Part shown: piece by piece, positions 24,298 through 27,280 of the stretch
How positions within the stretch are numbered: position 1 is the stretch's first letter
Layout of the letters: the number at the start of each line of letters is the position of its first letter
Source: Candidatus Hodarchaeota archaeon
Lineage (GTDB): Archaea; Asgardarchaeota; Heimdallarchaeia; Hodarchaeales; Hodarchaeaceae
Length of the DNA: 27,280 nt
Direction: 5' to 3'
Assembly: GCA_029856365.1 (NCBI GenBank)
Contig: JAHQWW010000041.1
Span: forward strand, 1-27,280
Notes under the pieces: generated by a model
Told to the model about the DNA's origin: nothing
Databases searched by the model: none
The model's input: only the letters and a program-made list of their open reading frames with translations
Program-made: the position numbers and the translations under genes

Positions 24298-27264
24298 ATG
24301 CTAAAGAGTGTTTTCGATCCAAAATCTATTGAGAGGGATTTAAAAAGTCGGATCAAAGGAGATATTGCCATTGATGATATTGCTCGCAATTTCTATAGCA
24401 CTGATGCTAGTGTTTACAGAATCGTGCCTTCATGTATCGTTTACCCCAAAGATAAAGAAGATGTAAAAGAGGTAATAAAGTATGCCAGTAGTAAGGGAAT
24501 TCCTATCCATGCAAGAGGAGCAGGATCTGGATTAACAGGCTCAAGTTTAGGAACTGGAATTGTACTTGCCTTTAGAAGGTATATGAATCAGATCATTGAT
24601 ATAAACGAAAAAGATGACTATACAATCGTCCAGCCAGGAGTAATTTGTGGGAATTTAAATCATGAGCTAGCAAAAATCGGAAAAATAGTTTTTGTTGATA
24701 ATTCTTCAGAAAATTATGCCTCTATTGGAGGTATGATAGGAACAAATTCATCAGGGGCGCATGCTGTAAAGTACGGATATATGGCTGATTTTGTTGAAGA
24801 ACTTACAGTTATCTTAAGCAATGGGGAGGAGATCAAAACTCATCCCATTGAGATCGGTTCTAAAGAATATAACAACATTATTTCCGCTGATACACTAGAA
24901 GCTAGTCTATACAAATCAGTAGTAGAATTAGTTGATAATCCAGAGGTGCAGAATCTTATTTCAGAGAAATGGCCCAAGGTTAAGATGAATGTTAGTGGCT
25001 ATAATATAAAAGATATGGTAGCAAATAACATGGTTGACTTATCAAAAGCATTTTTGGGGTCGGAAGCAACATTAGGGATTGTAGTGGAGGCCAAATTAGA
25101 ATTTATTGACAAACCAAAGAATGTAACCTTAGTAGTTATGGATTTTGATAATCTTGCTAATTCAGGAAGAGCTGTAGACTTAATTGTTAATCAAATAGGC
25201 GTAGCTGCTATTGAAGTTCTTGGTAAAAGTGTCATTAATTTCGGAGTTGAAATGAATCCTTCATTAAAGCAGTTTATTCCTGAAGGTGTGGATAATATCC
25301 TTTATATTGAGTTTGATGAACAAGACGAAAAGATCCGAGCTGAAAAAGTCGAAAAAACCAGAAAATTGATTATGGACCAAGAAAAACTCGCCACTGATAT
25401 GAGGTTTTCTGATGATCCTGTTGAACAGGCAAACCTTTGGAAAGTCAGGAAAGATGCTGTACCTTTACTTCAGAAAGTTCGGGAACCTCGTCGAATCATG
25501 GCCTTTGTAGAAGATCAAACAGTTCCCCTTGAGTACTTAGGTCATTATATGACGAAATTACGAGAGGAAGTATTTCCAAAACATGGAATACGAGCAGCAA
25601 TATATGGTCATGCATCTAAAGGACTTGTTCACACACGACCATTTGTTAATACGAAAGACCCAAAGGACTTACAAATTATTAAGGAAGTTGCAGATGAGAT
25701 CAATTCGTATGTCATCAGTATAGGGGGAGCTGTCTCTGGTGAACACAACGATGGACTAGATCGAGTCAACTATGTCATAGATATGTATGGAGAAGACCTT
25801 TACGAAGTCTTTAGGAAATTAAAATCACAATTTGATCCAAATGGAATTCTTAATCCTGGGAAAAAGATTACAAATGAACAAGGTCTCTTGATAAAGAATC
25901 TACGATTTGGAGCGGAGTATTCAACTCTAGATATGGAGACTAATTTAGTCTGGGACGATAAATGGGGATTTAAGGATGTTATCGAGTCATGCCACGGTTG
26001 CGGAAAGTGTACAGTAGAATTAATTCCCCAAAGAGACTGTCCAATTTATAGGGCTAAAAAGTCAAGTACAGGAGAACTAGCTTCCCCAAGGGCTCGAGCT
26101 AACTTATTGCGCGGTATTATCTCAGGACAATTAGATCATAAGGTTTTATACTCAAAAGAAGCTAGACAGGTATTGGAAGACTGTGCAGGTTGTATGATGT
26201 GTATTGTCGACTGTCCATCTGGCGTGAATATCCCCAAGGCAATGTTTGATGCAAAAATCATGCATTATAAGAAGTCAAAGTGGCCTTTTATCGGTAGAAT
26301 TCCGAGAGGGCACTATTTCGCAGGTAATTATGAGCTAGTCGCGAGATTAGGAAGTACTTTCGCACCTCTATCAAATCTAGGACTATGGGGACCAAACAAG
26401 TACATGATGCAACTTTTTGGAGGGGTACATCGAAAAGCGAATTTTCCGAAGTTTCATCGTAATACTTTCCAAAAGTGGTTCAAAAAATATCGAAAAACGA
26501 ATCCTCCTCCAGAGAATCCAACAAAGAAGGTCGCACTTTTCCATGGATGTTTTGCTAATTACACCGAAAACACAGATATTGCCATTGCAGAGGTTCAGGT
26601 TCTTGAGAAGAATAATATTGAAGTAGCTGTTCCAGATAAACAATATTGTTGTGGAATTCCACTTTTATCCAATGGTCTCGGTCAAGTTGCGATAAAGAAA
26701 GGTGAAAAGAACGCAAAAATCTTTGCGGAGTATGTAAAACAAGGATATGATGTTATAACTCAATGCAGCTCCTGTTTCGCTACTCTAAAGGACGAATTAC
26801 ATGATACGCTTGTTGGTAACGATGATTCAAAGTTAGTTAAAGACAATACCTATTTCTTCTCGGATTACATCCTAAAACTTTTAGAAGAGGGCAACTTGGA
26901 CACTGATTTCAATGGAAAAGCCGATAAAAAACTTCGTTTTGGCTACCATGAACCATGTCATCTTCTTAGTACTGGAAAAAAAGGAATTTCAGTAAATCTA
27001 CTTAAGAATATAGACACTATAGACCTAGTCCCTCTTAAGACTGAGTGTTGTGGTCAGCTAGGATCTTGGGGTTTTAAATCGAAGAATTATAAATATGGAC
27101 AGATGATAGCTGAAAGAAGCTTATATCCTGAAGCAAATAGAGATGATATTGATGTTCTAGTTACCGACTGTCCAACGTGTAAGCTCCAACTTCTAAATGT
27201 TGATAAGGAGATATATCACCCCACTCAAGTTCTTCGAGACGCTTATGGTTTAGAGAAAGTTTAA
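24298..27264 (+). CDS. FAD-linked oxidoreductase with 4Fe-4S and two CCG domains (GlcD-GlcF/GlpC fusion; D-lactate/glycolate dehydrogenase-like)
   Basis: YSTDASVY, RGAGSGLTG, IGGMIGTNSSG, GSEATLG, GHASKG and SGEHNDG motifs; CHGCGKC and CAGCMMC...CP; FHGC, CCG, YHEPCH, CCG and DCPTC. Confidence 0.92.
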   Translation: MLKSVFDPKSIERDLKSRIKGDIAIDDIARNFYSTDASVYRIVPSCIVYPKDKEDVKEVIKYASSKGIPIHARGAGSGLTGSSLGTGIVLAFRRYMNQIIDINEKDDYTIVQPGVICGNLNHELAKIGKIVFVDNSSENYASIGGMIGTNSSGAHAVKYGYMADFVEELTVILSNGEEIKTHPIEIGSKEYNNIISADTLEASLYKSVVELVDNPEVQNLISEKWPKVKMNVSGYNIKDMVANNMVDLSKAFLGSEATLGIVVEAKLEFIDKPKNVTLVVMDFDNLANSGRAVDLIVNQIGVAAIEVLGKSVINFGVEMNPSLKQFIPEGVDNILYIEFDEQDEKIRAEKVEKTRKLIMDQEKLATDMRFSDDPVEQANLWKVRKDAVPLLQKVREPRRIMAFVEDQTVPLEYLGHYMTKLREEVFPKHGIRAAIYGHASKGLVHTRPFVNTKDPKDLQIIKEVADEINSYVISIGGAVSGEHNDGLDRVNYVIDMYGEDLYEVFRKLKSQFDPNGILNPGKKITNEQGLLIKNLRFGAEYSTLDMETNLVWDDKWGFKDVIESCHGCGKCTVELIPQRDCPIYRAKKSSTGELASPRARANLLRGIISGQLDHKVLYSKEARQVLEDCAGCMMCIVDCPSGVNIPKAMFDAKIMHYKKSKWPFIGRIPRGHYFAGNYELVARLGSTFAPLSNLGLWGPNKYMMQLFGGVHRKANFPKFHRNTFQKWFKKYRKTNPPPENPTKKVALFHGCFANYTENTDIAIAEVQVLEKNNIEVAVPDKQYCCGIPLLSNGLGQVAIKKGEKNAKIFAEYVKQGYDVITQCSSCFATLKDELHDTLVGNDDSKLVKDNTYFFSDYILKLLEEGNLDTDFNGKADKKLRFGYHEPCHLLSTGKKGISVNLLKNIDTIDLVPLKTECCGQLGSWGFKSKNYKYGQMIAERSLYPEANRDDIDVLVTDCPTCKLQLLNVDKEIYHPTQVLRDAYGLEKV

Positions 27265-27280
27265 CTTTTAAATCTAAAAA

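Noticed and set aside
36-26643. Numerous short alternative-frame or antisense ORFs in the track (e.g. 36-425, 4145-4537, 12011-12379, 13098-13313, 15118-15417, 20006-20308, 26383-26643)
   Set aside because: They lie within well-supported genes and have no motifs of their own; these are shadow ORFs.
1-27280. CRISPR array, tRNA, rRNA, prophage or known defence system
   Set aside because: No regularly spaced repeats, no GC-rich structured RNA-like intergenic stretch, and no viral or defence hallmark genes were seen by eye.

Overview
This is AT-rich, gene-dense archaeal DNA, most likely from an Asgard archaeon (Heimdallarchaeia/Hodarchaeales-like). That assignment is inferred from a Rad51-like RadA, an Orc1/Cdc6, an ISH3-type IS, TATA promoters and GGAGG/GGTG ribosome-binding sites. 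The window opens with a complete but inactivated ISH3-family IS (6-1366; terminal inverted repeats, ATTTT target duplication, two nonsense codons). Then come mostly metabolic or housekeeping genes: amidohydrolase, HAD phosphatase, glpK, NTPase, radA, ferredoxin-nitroreductase, a histidine-kinase relic, cdc6/orc1, PiT plus DUF47, glyoxylate reductase, a KNTase-like nucleotidyltransferase, a YtcJ-like amidohydrolase, hypE, hypC, an RHH plus 7TM pair, menA, an acyl-CoA transferase-GNAT fusion and an FAD/Fe-S oxidoreductase. The most notable element is a two-gene operon at 12015-14647. It pairs a CBS-domain four-TM membrane protein with a two-TM protein built as RGG/Trp-rich tail, TM, nested GOLD-like beta-sandwich ectodomain, TM, two zinc ribbons and a C-terminal RING-like finger. 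This is a candidate membrane-anchored receptor-type E3 ubiquitin ligase resembling eukaryotic APD1-4-type ligases. No rRNA, tRNA or CRISPR array was seen. All family assignments come from motif recognition by eye, not from database searches.
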